Shown one piece after another: positions 24,018-33,323 of a DNA stretch of 64,000 nucleotides. Numbering within the stretch: position 1 is the stretch's first letter; every line of letters starts with the position of its first letter. The notes beneath the pieces are model-generated. The model was not told where the DNA came from, did no database searches, and saw only the letters and a list, made by a program, of their open reading frames with translations. A program made the position numbers and the translations under genes. Source of the DNA: a virus; IMG/VR virus record IMGVR_UViG_3300005289_000003, positions 22,445 through 86,444 of that record; one strand, given 5' to 3'.

Positions 24018-25184
24018 TTGGCGTCTGTGTCGACTGCTCAGGACTTGATGCGGCATGTGAATCAGTTCATGGGTTCACAAGTCGTGTCATTGGGAGATGA
24101 CCCCAAATACAAAGTTAAGAACTTGCCCAGTGGAATAGTTCCCATTGACTATCTGATGCACGGTGGCTTTCCGCGCGGACGATGCACGGAGCTATACGGA
24201 ACGTTCTCGTCTCTGAAGACTTTCATTGGTTTGAACGCCATTGCCCAGACGCAACGTGATGGGGGCACAGCGGCACTTATCGATACTGAACGGGTCTATG
24301 ACTCCGATTGGGCGCAGAGGCTAGGCGTAGACACCAGCGCGCTTATCCTGCTCCAACCTGAGAACGGAGAAACCGCGATCGATGCAGCGGAGGTACTTGT
24401 CAGGAAAAATCTGGACATTCTAGTCTTTGACTCCGTGGCAGCCACCCTGCCCAAAGCGGAACAAGAGACGAAAATTTCGGACAAAGTACCCCAGATGGCG
24501 AGACTTGCCGCTTTGATGTCATTGGGACTCCGGAAGCTCACGGCAGCCAATGACCACACGGCAATCATCTGGATTAACCAGACCAGACAGAACGTGGGCA
24601 TTACCTTCGGGAACCCAGAGAATCCGACCGGAGGTAAGGCACTCGGTTACTACGCTTCGTGGCGCATCAACGTACGGCGGGCAGGACAAGTCACCAAGGA
24701 AAAGAAGATATTTGATGGTGAGAAGTTCCGTTCCGCTAAGTCCGTTGAGAAGGTCCGTATCTGCGCCACGGTAGAAAAGTCGAAACTAGCCAAACCCTTT
24801 GAGGTTATCTACTTCGACTATGACCTAGCTTCCGCCACAGTTGATGACGTTGGCTTCCTGATCTCACTTGGCCTTGAGTCCGGAGTCATCAAACAGGATG
24901 GTCAAATGTGGACACTCCAAAATGGAAGCAAGGTAAGGGGCAAGGACAAGTTCCGGGAAACAGTGGACGTGGAAGCCCTCAGAGCCCTTCTGAGCCTTCC
25001 TGGCGGGCACGTACCCCCCAAGACACCGGCCGCGCGGTTGAGGCTGCCAGCGTCCAAGCTAGGGGCCTCCACGGGCACCCCAGGTCCGGGGCAGGGAAAA
25101 TCAAGTACGACGCTTCGGACCAAGAAGCTATCTACGAAATCAAGTCTGCCCAACGATCCTTCAGACTGGGATACATACTTGTAA
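24018..25184 (+). CDS. recA: RecA-family recombinase
   Basis: GGFPRGRCTELYGTFSSLKT, IDTE, DSVAA, INQTR, GNPENPTGGKALGYYASWRI. Confidence 0.93.
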   Translation: MASVSTAQDLMRHVNQFMGSQVVSLGDDPKYKVKNLPSGIVPIDYLMHGGFPRGRCTELYGTFSSLKTFIGLNAIAQTQRDGGTAALIDTERVYDSDWAQRLGVDTSALILLQPENGETAIDAAEVLVRKNLDILVFDSVAATLPKAEQETKISDKVPQMARLAALMSLGLRKLTAANDHTAIIWINQTRQNVGITFGNPENPTGGKALGYYASWRINVRRAGQVTKEKKIFDGEKFRSAKSVEKVRICATVEKSKLAKPFEVIYFDYDLASATVDDVGFLISLGLESGVIKQDGQMWTLQNGSKVRGKDKFRETVDVEALRALLSLPGGHVPPKTPAARLRLPASKLGASTGTPGPGQGKSSTTLRTKKLSTKSSLPNDPSDWDTYL

Positions 25185-25282
25185 GAGATCTCTTCAGGTA
25201 TGCAACCAGGCAAGGGAAGAAACCAGTAATACTAATTTACTTTCCAGAATATGTGGTGGAATGTGAGATTAAGAGAAGGTAA
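24908..25282 (+). CDS. PD-(D/E)XK nuclease / Holliday junction resolvase-like
   Basis: HPRSGAGKIKYDA...YEIKS...GKKPVILIYF; start uncertain, overlaps recA. Confidence 0.7.
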   Translation: MDTPKWKQGKGQGQVPGNSGRGSPQSPSEPSWRARTPQDTGRAVEAASVQARGLHGHPRSGAGKIKYDASDQEAIYEIKSAQRSFRLGYILVRDLFRYATRQGKKPVILIYFPEYVVECEIKRR

Positions 25283-25285
25283 AAG

Positions 25286-25648
25286 TTGGCTTTTTATGAT
25301 GACATAGACAGAGAGAAAAGGGCAACTAGATCTGTATACATTGAATCTGAAGAGCATCGTTATAAACTAGATCTTTGTGAAGAAAACTATACCACTATAA
25401 TTTTCCCGCTTTTGAAAGCAGCTACGAAAGTAGCGCAGCCCAAAAGCACAAATATTAAAGTTAAACCAAATAAGGATGATCAACCTAAGAGTCCAACTTA
25501 CCCATGGAGCACAAATGAAGTCAGAATAGCAAAAATCTATTTTAGAAATAAAGGTGAAAAGGTTCCGCAAGCTTTGTTGAAAAAAGAAAAAATGCAAGAA
25601 TGGGAACGTGCCGGTAGACCTCATGAAATACTAAAAGAAGGAATGTGA
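25286..25648 (+). CDS. divergent Lsr2-like protein
   Basis: FYDDID...YKLDLCEENY resembles the Lsr2 dimerisation domain (LVDDxD...YEIDLSxxN). Confidence 0.55.
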   Translation: MAFYDDIDREKRATRSVYIESEEHRYKLDLCEENYTTIIFPLLKAATKVAQPKSTNIKVKPNKDDQPKSPTYPWSTNEVRIAKIYFRNKGEKVPQALLKKEKMQEWERAGRPHEILKEGM

Positions 25649-25663
25649 GGTAAAAAGAAGGTA

Positions 25664-25936
25664 ATGGCAGAGTTCGGAAGTAAGCTTGGAGATAATGAAC
25701 CACCCAACTTTTGCACGATAGAAGAGTGCGAAAACGACTCAGAGACTGCTATAGAACTAGTAATATTTCAAACTCCAACCACACATATGGTTACTACCAT
25801 TATGGTTTGCTACGAATGCAAACACAAGTATGAAGACTATAAGAATATGCAAGGTAACCAAATAGACAGTACCAAAAGATACGAAGAAAACACTAGACAT
25901 ATTGAGCAAGGCTACGAAGAAGGTTCAATAACCTAG
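25664..25936 (+). CDS. hypothetical zinc-binding protein
   Basis: CxxxxC...CxxC; GAGG/AAGG SD. Confidence 0.6.
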   Translation: MAEFGSKLGDNEPPNFCTIEECENDSETAIELVIFQTPTTHMVTTIMVCYECKHKYEDYKNMQGNQIDSTKRYEENTRHIEQGYEEGSIT

Positions 25937-26310
25937 TGATTAGTCGTCGTGCCAAATATATATTGGTGGGCTCTGCTGGAATAATCCTGTTTGCCAGTTG
26001 TGTTGCTGCTCTTAGCTCACCATCAGCAGACACGAGGAAGGACAGGATCACACCAGTAGTAACCACAACGACAGCTAGCCCGGTAACATCAACAAGTTCT
26101 ATTACAGAACCTATTGAGACTACAGAACCTCCGGTACAAACCACGCAAGCGCCGGAACCTGTAGTCATAGAAACTACAAATAAGCCAAGTCAAATTTATT
26201 ACGGTAGTTGCTCCGAAGTCAGGCAAGCGGGTGCCGCTCCACTCAGTCAGGGTGAACCTGGTTACCGCGCTGGTCTGGACAGAGATAGCGACGGAATGGC
26301 ATGTGAATAA
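25936..26310 (+). CDS. Excalibur calcium-binding domain membrane protein
   Basis: YYGSCSEVRQAGAAPL...GYRAGLDRDSDGMACE. Confidence 0.9.
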   Translation: MISRRAKYILVGSAGIILFASCVAALSSPSADTRKDRITPVVTTTTASPVTSTSSITEPIETTEPPVQTTQAPEPVVIETTNKPSQIYYGSCSEVRQAGAAPLSQGEPGYRAGLDRDSDGMACE

Positions 26311-26312
26311 CA

Positions 26313-26726
26313 ATGAGTAAGTTTTTGAAGGTCCTTCTTGGAATCATCGTCGTGATCGTCCTGATTCTGGTCATAGCCGCATCTTGTGGGACAAATTCGG
26401 ACAAGTCCGGACATGCCCCGGATCGGCAGAAGCCAGGGACAGAAGATGTTACAATCAGTAATTGCAATCTTTCGGAAGACTTGCCAGGAACCTTCAAACT
26501 GTCAGTAGACGTCAGCATTGAGAACCACTCAAGCAAGCCGAGCAACTACCTAGTTACCACCGGTTTTGAGAACGAAGAAGGGGACCAACTAGGTACCGGT
26601 ACCGCTGCTGTAGTTCACCTGAACCCAGGTCAGAAGTCCAAGCAACCGGCTATTAGTTTGCTTCAGGCTACTAAGCCAAAGGAACTTCACTGCACGATAG
26701 CGGACATTACCCGGTACGCCGCTTGA
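26313..26726 (+). CDS. membrane/lipoprotein with Ig-like (FxLYD-like) domain
   Basis: Hydrophobic helix, then IENHSSKPSNYLVTTGF...LNPGQ. Confidence 0.7.
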   Translation: MSKFLKVLLGIIVVIVLILVIAASCGTNSDKSGHAPDRQKPGTEDVTISNCNLSEDLPGTFKLSVDVSIENHSSKPSNYLVTTGFENEEGDQLGTGTAAVVHLNPGQKSKQPAISLLQATKPKELHCTIADITRYAA

Positions 26727-26826
26727 GAAAAGGCGATTGGTTCGTACTGATTGGCGGAGTGCTGGGAACTCTCGCGCTCCTATGGTTTCTTTCTAATGTG
26801 GTTTGGGCCTAGAAAGGGTCTGAGCA

Positions 26827-27360
26827 ATGGAAGTAGAAATAGGTAAGGACGAGACCGAGGATGGTCCGTCCGGCCCGGACAAGTCCGTAAAGGGACGTCG
26901 CGTCAACCGTCCTGGTGTACGGGGTCGGTTCACCCGTCGGCGTGTGGCCGTCCTGGTGGCTCTCATGGGCCTTGCCGGAACGTTGTTCGGAGTTGGTGTA
27001 GCTCAGGCTGATCTACCTACAGCCTGGACACAGACCATTACGACTCCTGCCAATGGGTCGGCTAATGGTCTTCTTATCACTGGTCCGACTTCTGGCCTGG
27101 TCAACCTCTTTGAAATCAAGGACGGTTTCGATCAGCCCATTGCGGCAGTTGGTAATGATGGTGGCCTGAAGGTCTTTGGTGATGACCTGGGGGTTTACGG
27201 TGCCCGTGGTGGAGTCTTCCTCCCTGAGGTTTACTTCACCCCTGACACCATCACAGCGGGTGCAGCCTGCCCGCTAGCGAACCAAGTAGCCATCTCTGGT
27301 CAAGACGGTAGCTTCTGGCGTTGCCACGCAACGCTTCTGAAGTGGAACAGAATTCTGTAA
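26827..27360 (+). CDS. secreted protein
   Basis: Basic region, hydrophobic helix, AQA cleavage site. Confidence 0.65.
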   Translation: MEVEIGKDETEDGPSGPDKSVKGRRVNRPGVRGRFTRRRVAVLVALMGLAGTLFGVGVAQADLPTAWTQTITTPANGSANGLLITGPTSGLVNLFEIKDGFDQPIAAVGNDGGLKVFGDDLGVYGARGGVFLPEVYFTPDTITAGAACPLANQVAISGQDGSFWRCHATLLKWNRIL

Positions 27361-27594
27361 GTGGCATGGCAGATTTCCAGGAATCACCCCTGGGGAGATG
27401 TAATAGTCTGGCTTCCCACTGAATATGGTTGGGGGTTCTCTCCTGACTATCAGGACAGGGAAGCCAGACTAGAAGCTGTGTTGAATGCTTATGCGGAATA
27501 CCATCAGCAACAGGAAAGGGGCACCACTGGATAACTCCGGTGTGTGCCCCTTTTTTAGTCTAAGGAGATTGATACGAAACTTCCGAAAGATCTA

Positions 27595-28434
27595 ATGGAA
27601 GAATTGAGGAACATAAAGAACGCGAACTTGATAGTCACGCCATACTTTGAGAACTGGCTTTTGACCCACCTTGATGATTCCCTTTCGGAAGAAATAATCT
27701 CCATCATTGTTCAGGAGTTCCGCAAGCCTCCCTATGATGACAAGCGACGTCTAGGGGGAAGCTCTGCCGGAACCTGCCTACGTAAGCAAGTCTTGTCTTA
27801 TCTCGGGACCACTCCCACCAGTCTGCCCAACAACCACCTACGCCGAATCTTCCACGATGGAAACTGGCGGCATCTCCGGTGGCAAGCTGCACTTCTCTCC
27901 GCTGGAATAGTTAGCGAAATAGAAGTCACTGTTGAGGATCCGGAAACGAAGGTAAGAGGGAAGATTGACGCGGTTGGTTTCGTACATGAAGACCACCCGA
28001 ACAAGCTCTTCCGTGGCAAAAAGTTTGCTTTTGAATTGAAAGGCGCACACGACTACGCTTACCGTTCTTACGGTAAGGAGGGTTGGCGCCAATACGGCGA
28101 CCAAATGGTTAGGTATTTGAATGCCGACCCGACTATTGAGCTTTATGTCTTGGTGGTAGAGAACAAGAACACCAACGACTACAAAGAGTGGGTCATCCGG
28201 CGGGAAGACCTGGGGGCAGCCATTGCGCGGGAGCACTCGGAACTAGAGGCCCTGAACCAGGCCATAGACACGCGGACGCTACCGCCCATGCTCACCCAGT
28301 GCGCGGCCGGTAAGGGCACCCTATGGACGCGCTGTAAGTTCGGTGGAGATACTGGCCAATGTGTGCAGCTAACCGAATGGCCAGTCAAGAAGCGAGTGAT
28401 TAGGCCAAAGAATGGCGCCACGAATAAGGGTTAA
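27595..28434 (+). CDS. Cas4-like PD-(D/E)XK exonuclease
   Basis: GSSAGTCLRK, RGKIDA, FELKG, C-terminal Cys cluster. Confidence 0.85.
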   Translation: MEELRNIKNANLIVTPYFENWLLTHLDDSLSEEIISIIVQEFRKPPYDDKRRLGGSSAGTCLRKQVLSYLGTTPTSLPNNHLRRIFHDGNWRHLRWQAALLSAGIVSEIEVTVEDPETKVRGKIDAVGFVHEDHPNKLFRGKKFAFELKGAHDYAYRSYGKEGWRQYGDQMVRYLNADPTIELYVLVVENKNTNDYKEWVIRREDLGAAIAREHSELEALNQAIDTRTLPPMLTQCAAGKGTLWTRCKFGGDTGQCVQLTEWPVKKRVIRPKNGATNKG

Positions 28435-28813
28435 CTCCCTAGCCCGTAAGACTCTGGCAATCAAAGTCCCCTATGGTCTCCTCTCGGTTAAAGACCTTGA
28501 GAAGGAAATAGACGAAATGGCTAGCGTCCTTCTCGGCCACACGCCACCACCCATCGATACCGGTATATCCACCATGATGGAAGTGGCAGAAGGCTACTAC
28601 GCCCGATGTGCAGAGCTAACCCGTCTTATCCTTCGGGAAGAGAGCAATGGGACGATAGTCAAGGGAAGCCCCTACTACAAGCTTCGTACCGGTGAGCTAC
28701 GGCTAATGCTGGAACTTTGTTCCCGACTAGCTAACCTTGGCAGCAGACGAATAACAGCCGATGAATTGAGATTTAAGAAGACAACCTATGGCCGAGAATC
28801 CTACCGTTCGTAA
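28412..28813 (+). CDS. hypothetical helical protein
   Basis: ORF in recombination cluster. Confidence 0.7.
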   Translation: MAPRIRVNSLARKTLAIKVPYGLLSVKDLEKEIDEMASVLLGHTPPPIDTGISTMMEVAEGYYARCAELTRLILREESNGTIVKGSPYYKLRTGELRLMLELCSRLANLGSRRITADELRFKKTTYGRESYRS

Positions 28814-29072
28814 GCTAGCCTTTGCTGGTGCTGGTGCGTCTTGGTTGTCTCATGCTGGCGTACCGGTAAAGGCAATTGTCTGCCTTGAGTGCGGAACAGT
28901 AATAGACATCACCATTGCTCCGCCAAATGTCCAACCTGACTTTTACTTGGACCAACACCAATTCAGAACAGCACGTGATTTGATTGTGGACTTTTGGAGG
29001 CTTAACAGAACCTTCCGAGGGAAGCTAGATACCGGTGTCGAAAAGGTACAAGCATACGACGATTGCCATTGA
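28788..29072 (+). CDS. hypothetical protein
   Basis: CxxC; fills the gene run. Confidence 0.55.
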   Translation: MAENPTVRKLAFAGAGASWLSHAGVPVKAIVCLECGTVIDITIAPPNVQPDFYLDQHQFRTARDLIVDFWRLNRTFRGKLDTGVEKVQAYDDCH

Positions 29073-29559
29073 CCCTAGCTCCGTCCGGTTGGCATTCGCG
29101 GTGACGGGGCCACGTGGCGAGAAGTTCTATCTTTTTGACCTACCTAAAGATAAGGTCGAAGCATGTGGCTACGCCTACCGGTACACCAGAGACGTAATTT
29201 CTGAATTCTCTTTCTTCGGGTGTCGTCCGGTCGTCTTCTGTGAGCGTCAGGTAGGAAGCCCCAGAGGGGGCTACAACGCGCTCATACCTCAGGCCCATGT
29301 CTCGGGTGCCATCATGGCCGCTACGGTCACTGCGGCCACCCCAGCACCCTTCGTGCCCGTGCAGGTGGGCACATGGAAGAAGACAGTGATAGGGGTCGGG
29401 AGTGCCGGCAAGGATCTGGTAGCCGCACGCATCAAAGTCATGTGGCCGTCCGCATGGGAAGTTGCCCAACAACACCCAAAGACTAAGGGACGGCAAGACA
29501 TCATTGATGCTGCGGCTATGAACCTCTGGGGTCGCATGTACCAGAATGGCAAAATTTAA
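29035..29559 (+). CDS. RuvC-like Holliday junction resolvase
   Basis: IAIDPSS, VFCER, WKKTVIGVGSAGKD, DIIDAAA. Confidence 0.85.
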   Translation: MSKRYKHTTIAIDPSSVRLAFAVTGPRGEKFYLFDLPKDKVEACGYAYRYTRDVISEFSFFGCRPVVFCERQVGSPRGGYNALIPQAHVSGAIMAATVTAATPAPFVPVQVGTWKKTVIGVGSAGKDLVAARIKVMWPSAWEVAQQHPKTKGRQDIIDAAAMNLWGRMYQNGKI

Positions 29560-29934
29560 ATGACATTTGAAGAGGCTAAGCACATACTTAGTCAGATAAC
29601 GTATAAGCCTGGTTGGAAATTCATTTTAAGTCCAGCCTATATGGATAATACGGCAGTCATTCATATTGATTATGAAGCCGATGAAGCAAGACTTCATCGA
29701 GCAAGATATATGCCAAAGACACACATAGTTTCCAGCCACATGATTTCTTTGGGATCTTTGGAGACTTCATACTTCCTTAGTCAAGTGTGGCGAGCAATCC
29801 TGGAAGCAGAGACTCACGAAATGCTAGAGTTCTTCAAAGTAAACGGTGAGATCTATTGTGATCCACACGAGCGAGAGAACTACCGATACGGTAGCCCACC
29901 GAAGATGCCAGACTTCACTAAGTCCATAAACTAG
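29560..29934 (+). CDS. hypothetical protein, paralog of 31854-32240
   Basis: ITYKPGWKF...ETHEMLEFF...DPH. Confidence 0.75.
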   Translation: MTFEEAKHILSQITYKPGWKFILSPAYMDNTAVIHIDYEADEARLHRARYMPKTHIVSSHMISLGSLETSYFLSQVWRAILEAETHEMLEFFKVNGEIYCDPHERENYRYGSPPKMPDFTKSIN

Positions 29935-29968
29935 AGAAGGGCCGTGGCTTTTGCCACGGCCCTTTCTC
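29934..29968. terminator. bidirectional terminator between convergent operons
   Basis: AAGGGCCGTGGC-TTTT-GCCACGGCCCTT. Confidence 0.8.
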
Positions 29969-29978
29969 ACGTCCTGGG

Positions 29979-30248
29979 TTAGTTCTTGTCTAGCTGTTCT
30001 GCCCTGAGATAGATATCTACCCCGTCTAGCCGAACATGAATGTTGGGGTAGTTCACTCTGGTGTATTGCAGGAGTGACGAGTAGAGGCTACGAACGGTCG
30101 TCGTCCTGCCTCTCCAGTTGAGAAAGCTCTGTGGAACTCTCCAGGGCTTCTCACCACCAGCACGCTTGAACTCCGTGATGACTTCGCTAGACCTGGATAC
30201 CTGGATCTTACGGGGTGATCCGTCCCTATTAGTTGTAGTCACGTTCAT
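29979..30248 (-). CDS. hypothetical protein
   Basis: ORF in minus-strand run. Confidence 0.6.
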   Translation of the reverse strand: MNVTTTNRDGSPRKIQVSRSSEVITEFKRAGGEKPWRVPQSFLNWRGRTTTVRSLYSSLLQYTRVNYPNIHVRLDGVDIYLRAEQLDKN

Positions 30249-30726
30249 TGCCTTCTACTCGTTGCGGTCCGAATGCTGACGTAAGTTGCTCTTTTACTGC
30301 GGCGACGAAATCAGGGTTCTCTAGGGGAAGGTCTGTTCCTTCTCCATTAGTCAGCATCTCTATCTCGGCGTAAGCCTTCAGAACTTTACTGGCTTCCAGA
30401 GACAAAGTGCTGACTTCTACATCAGGCCAAAGCCTGAGCATCTTCCACATGAACTCAGTTGCGTTGACGGCATTAGGAATGCTCGCCGCATTTCTCGGTA
30501 TTCCGAACTCTTCCATCATTGCTTTATAAAGCAGAGTCCGAAGCTTGAACCGAACCTCTACAGCCGTCAGTATTTCTCCGTCATCCCAGTCACCAACTAT
30601 TTGGTTGATGATGTTGGCTGGTTCGGTACCGGGCCACAGGTTCACTATCTCCTGATAGACCATGTAGGCGTAATTCCTAATGTTGCCTAGCAGGAATTCC
30701 ATGTCTTCTATATCTTTTTGTTCCAC
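30229..30726 (-). CDS. hypothetical protein
   Basis: ORF in minus-strand run. Confidence 0.7.
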   Translation of the reverse strand: MEQKDIEDMEFLLGNIRNYAYMVYQEIVNLWPGTEPANIINQIVGDWDDGEILTAVEVRFKLRTLLYKAMMEEFGIPRNAASIPNAVNATEFMWKMLRLWPDVEVSTLSLEASKVLKAYAEIEMLTNGEGTDLPLENPDFVAAVKEQLTSAFGPQRVEGNERDYN

Positions 30727-31003
30727 TCCTAAAGCCTCTCAAACTGCCGTAGGGGACCTGAGGCAGCCTCCCGGGGTGTTCGTACCGGGCAGACGTTCTC
30801 AGGTCCCCTACGGGGCTTCTAGGCCCCTTCCTGGGGCCTCACTGAACCAGGGTGGTCACTACGTCCCTGATCACTTGCTTGCGATTCCAGTGCTTGCCCG
30901 TACCCGTCTTCAGGTCCATGGACATCAGGCCCAATTGCACGGACAGATCGTGCAGCGCTTGAGCAAGCTCTAGGTCTTCATCCGTTGGCTTCCGGCTACC
31001 CAT

Positions 31004-31561
31004 TCAGACCAGCCCTTCCAGTTCCTGAGGCTTCCCGAAGTGAGAGAACAGCATCGGACGTAGCTTCCGCCATTCCTCTATCGGGTCATGCTGGGTGTCG
31101 TCCGGTGCATCGTCGTCAAGTATTTCATTCAACCACTGAACGATGATGCCGCGTACGTGCATCGCGTGCTCATGCCAGACGACGAAGGAAGCGATTTGGA
31201 TTACCTCGAAGAATTCCATTGGGTCCATACTCACGGCCCAAAAGTCGGTGGCCAGCAGAGCCAGCGAACCGGTACGCGGTTCCTCGTTGTTCCGATCGGG
31301 AAGCAGAGCTTCCAGGATCCTCCGATCGTTCTGGAGAACTACCTCGTACCGTTCGGCCCACTCCTCCGGAATATCTCCGGTCGACATCTTGTCAAAAAGA
31401 TCCCATACAGCACTCACGTTAATTACCTCCCTATAGTTGCCTCTTCCGATGAAGAGGCTACGTGCCTTTCCCTGGTTTCGCACCATAAGCCGCTTTCCGA
31501 AGAAAGCACTTGGGTAAGGCCACCTTGGTTTAACCGTTAGTGAACTTGACCACCGGGGCAT
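31004..31561 (-). CDS. hypothetical protein (start uncertain)
   Basis: Good codon usage in the 3' two-thirds. Confidence 0.6.
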   Translation of the reverse strand: MPRWSSSLTVKPRWPYPSAFFGKRLMVRNQGKARSLFIGRGNYREVINVSAVWDLFDKMSTGDIPEEWAERYEVVLQNDRRILEALLPDRNNEEPRTGSLALLATDFWAVSMDPMEFFEVIQIASFVVWHEHAMHVRGIIVQWLNEILDDDAPDDTQHDPIEEWRKLRPMLFSHFGKPQELEGLV

Positions 31562-31841
31562 CTCCCCAGTCTGGATCCTTTTCCATTAGGTCCCAACGGT
31601 AATCAGACCTTCTGGGGAGATCCACTTCAAAACCGGTAGGGACGCGAGTAACCAGCATCTCTACGGTTCCGCCAGGAATCTTGTTCGGGGTGTGGCTGGT
31701 CTTTACCCACATGTCCCTATTGGCATCAGCCCACATGGCCCATGGGACCACATAGGCGGATTGACCAATCTTTAGGTCTGCCAATGTGCGCCGTTCCAAC
31801 CGCTTCGGAAGTTTGGGCCGCTTCCAGAAACTCACTGCCAT
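31530..31841 (-). CDS. hypothetical protein
   Basis: AGGAG SD. Confidence 0.7.
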   Translation of the reverse strand: MAVSFWKRPKLPKRLERRTLADLKIGQSAYVVPWAMWADANRDMWVKTSHTPNKIPGGTVEMLVTRVPTGFEVDLPRRSDYRWDLMEKDPDWGDAPVVKFTNG

Positions 31842-31853
31842 TTCCCACTTCTC

Positions 31854-32240
31854 CTAGACGATGCCGAACTTCAGGTCATCCACCATCGTTCCGAATCGCT
31901 TCATGCCCGCGATCGTGTGGGGGTGGAATGGCGCGTCCATGTCCGGTGAGGTACGGAAGTACTCGCGTGCCTCATGCATCTCGATATCAAAGATGACTTC
32001 CAGGACACGACGGAGAAGGCTGTAGTGGTCGCAATCGGCCACCACCAGGGGGAAGGAAGCGTAGGTCTTGATTTCCTCCGGATACTCGGGAGCCTGGTCC
32101 TGATTGGTGTTCCGGGCCGGATAGTCAATCCGGACCTTGATAGCTCCCTCAAACCGGTTGGTGTGCTCCTCCGCCGTGAAGGTCCAACCAGGCTTGTAGA
32201 TGATGGCGTTCACCAGATTGACAGCCTCAACCGGTCGCAT
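31854..32240 (-). CDS. hypothetical protein, paralog of 29560-29934
   Basis: AAGGAGG SD; IIYKPGWTF...EMHEAREYF...HPH. Confidence 0.8.
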   Translation of the reverse strand: MRPVEAVNLVNAIIYKPGWTFTAEEHTNRFEGAIKVRIDYPARNTNQDQAPEYPEEIKTYASFPLVVADCDHYSLLRRVLEVIFDIEMHEAREYFRTSPDMDAPFHPHTIAGMKRFGTMVDDLKFGIV

Positions 32241-32269
32241 TTCATTTCCTCCTTTTGTTTGATGAAGCC

Positions 32270-32509
32270 TTAGCGGACAGGGTTGGGAAGTTCGTTGATG
32301 ACCACGCGACCGTAACCGAACTTGTCGGTAAGCCGCGCGTAGTACTCATCCGGGGTCTGGCCATTGTGTACGTACTCGCCATCAATGGCCGTGATGTGGC
32401 CCTTGAAGACTTCCAGGATGCCGGCCAGGGACCAAGGAACCTCACTGATGTCTGTGTCCTGGTAGACCATGACGGCGAGGTTGGTCCGCTTTGGCTTGAT
32501 ACCCAACAT
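32270..32509 (-). CDS. hypothetical protein
   Basis: AAGGAGG SD. Confidence 0.7.
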   Translation of the reverse strand: MLGIKPKRTNLAVMVYQDTDISEVPWSLAGILEVFKGHITAIDGEYVHNGQTPDEYYARLTDKFGYGRVVINELPNPVR

Positions 32510-32546
32510 TTCCCTTTTCCTCCTTCTATTGGTTGTCGTGCTTACT

Positions 32547-32597
32547 GCGCTCCCCTACCTGGGATCAAACCCGCAAGCTCTAAGGCTAGGAAGGGGA
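32547..32597 (-). ncRNA. mini-tRNA-like spacer M4
   Basis: TCCCCT/AGGGGA stem, small hairpin, GGG-TTTGAT-CCC T-like arm, GCG tail. Confidence 0.4.
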
Positions 32598-32604
32598 TCC
32601 GGCC

Positions 32605-32847
32605 CTAAAGCCGGGATAGGTCTTCCTTGACGTCGTGGCCGATGTGCTGGACATCAACGCTGACGTGGTGAATGTAGTGGCCGAAACCGTGAAGACCACC
32701 CATGGTGGTAATGCTGGCGTGGACGGCAGGTTCCGCGTGAATCACCAGGGCCATGAACTCCACCGCCAGGATGAAGAGGAAGAACAGCAGAGACGATCCA
32801 CTGTCGATCCGGTAGAAGGCAAGCTTGTCACGGGTGGCCTGAACCAT
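32605..32847 (-). CDS. His-rich membrane/secreted protein
   Basis: AAGGAGG SD; hydrophobic helix. Confidence 0.65.
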   Translation of the reverse strand: MVQATRDKLAFYRIDSGSSLLFFLFILAVEFMALVIHAEPAVHASITTMGGLHGFGHYIHHVSVDVQHIGHDVKEDLSRL

Positions 32848-32880
32848 TTTCTTTCCTCCTTGTTTGTTGAACTTGCATTG

Positions 32881-32931
32881 CGCGCCCTATTCGCCATCAA
32901 AGGCCACGGTGTCACTGCTGACCCGTAGGGC
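32881..32931 (-). ncRNA. mini-tRNA-like spacer M3
   Basis: GCCCTA/TAGGGC stem, hairpin, GCC-TTTGAT-GGC, GCG tail. Confidence 0.4.
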
Positions 32932-33101
32932 TTGTGTTCACTCCTTCTCGGTGAACTTAAACGCTGGTGGGAAATCTACTATCTGCCCGTCAGGAAGTTC
33001 CAACTTGGTCCACATGACCCACTGAGTTGGTATTACTATCCTTCCGACTATTTCGAAAGCAGAAGTCCCATACACGGTTTCCACTGAAACTTTGTAGGTC
33101 A

Positions 33102-33323
33102 TCACGGTATGTTCCCTCTTACTACATTGAACTTCTCGTCTCTAGCTGTAACCCAGAGACGTTCCGTTAGCGTGCTGGTGTCTATTGCCGTGAAGCCAAC
33201 ATCATCGATAAACAACCCTGGGGTTATCTCTATCTGAGTGTCAGTGTCTATCTCCTTAACTACCCAGTAGGTTTTATCAGAGAGGAAGACATCACCTTTC
33301 ATCAACTGGTGAGCCTCTTTCAC
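33102..33323 (-). CDS. hypothetical protein
   Basis: GTGA overlap, GGAGG SD. Confidence 0.6.
   Translation of the reverse strand: MKEAHQLMKGDVFLSDKTYWVVKEIDTDTQIEITPGLFIDDVGFTAIDTSTLTERLWVTARDEKFNVVRGNIP

Noticed and set aside
20272-25184. Intein or intron in DnaE or RecA (also checked TerL)
   Set aside because: Lengths are normal or short, and no C...HN splice motifs or frame interruptions were seen.
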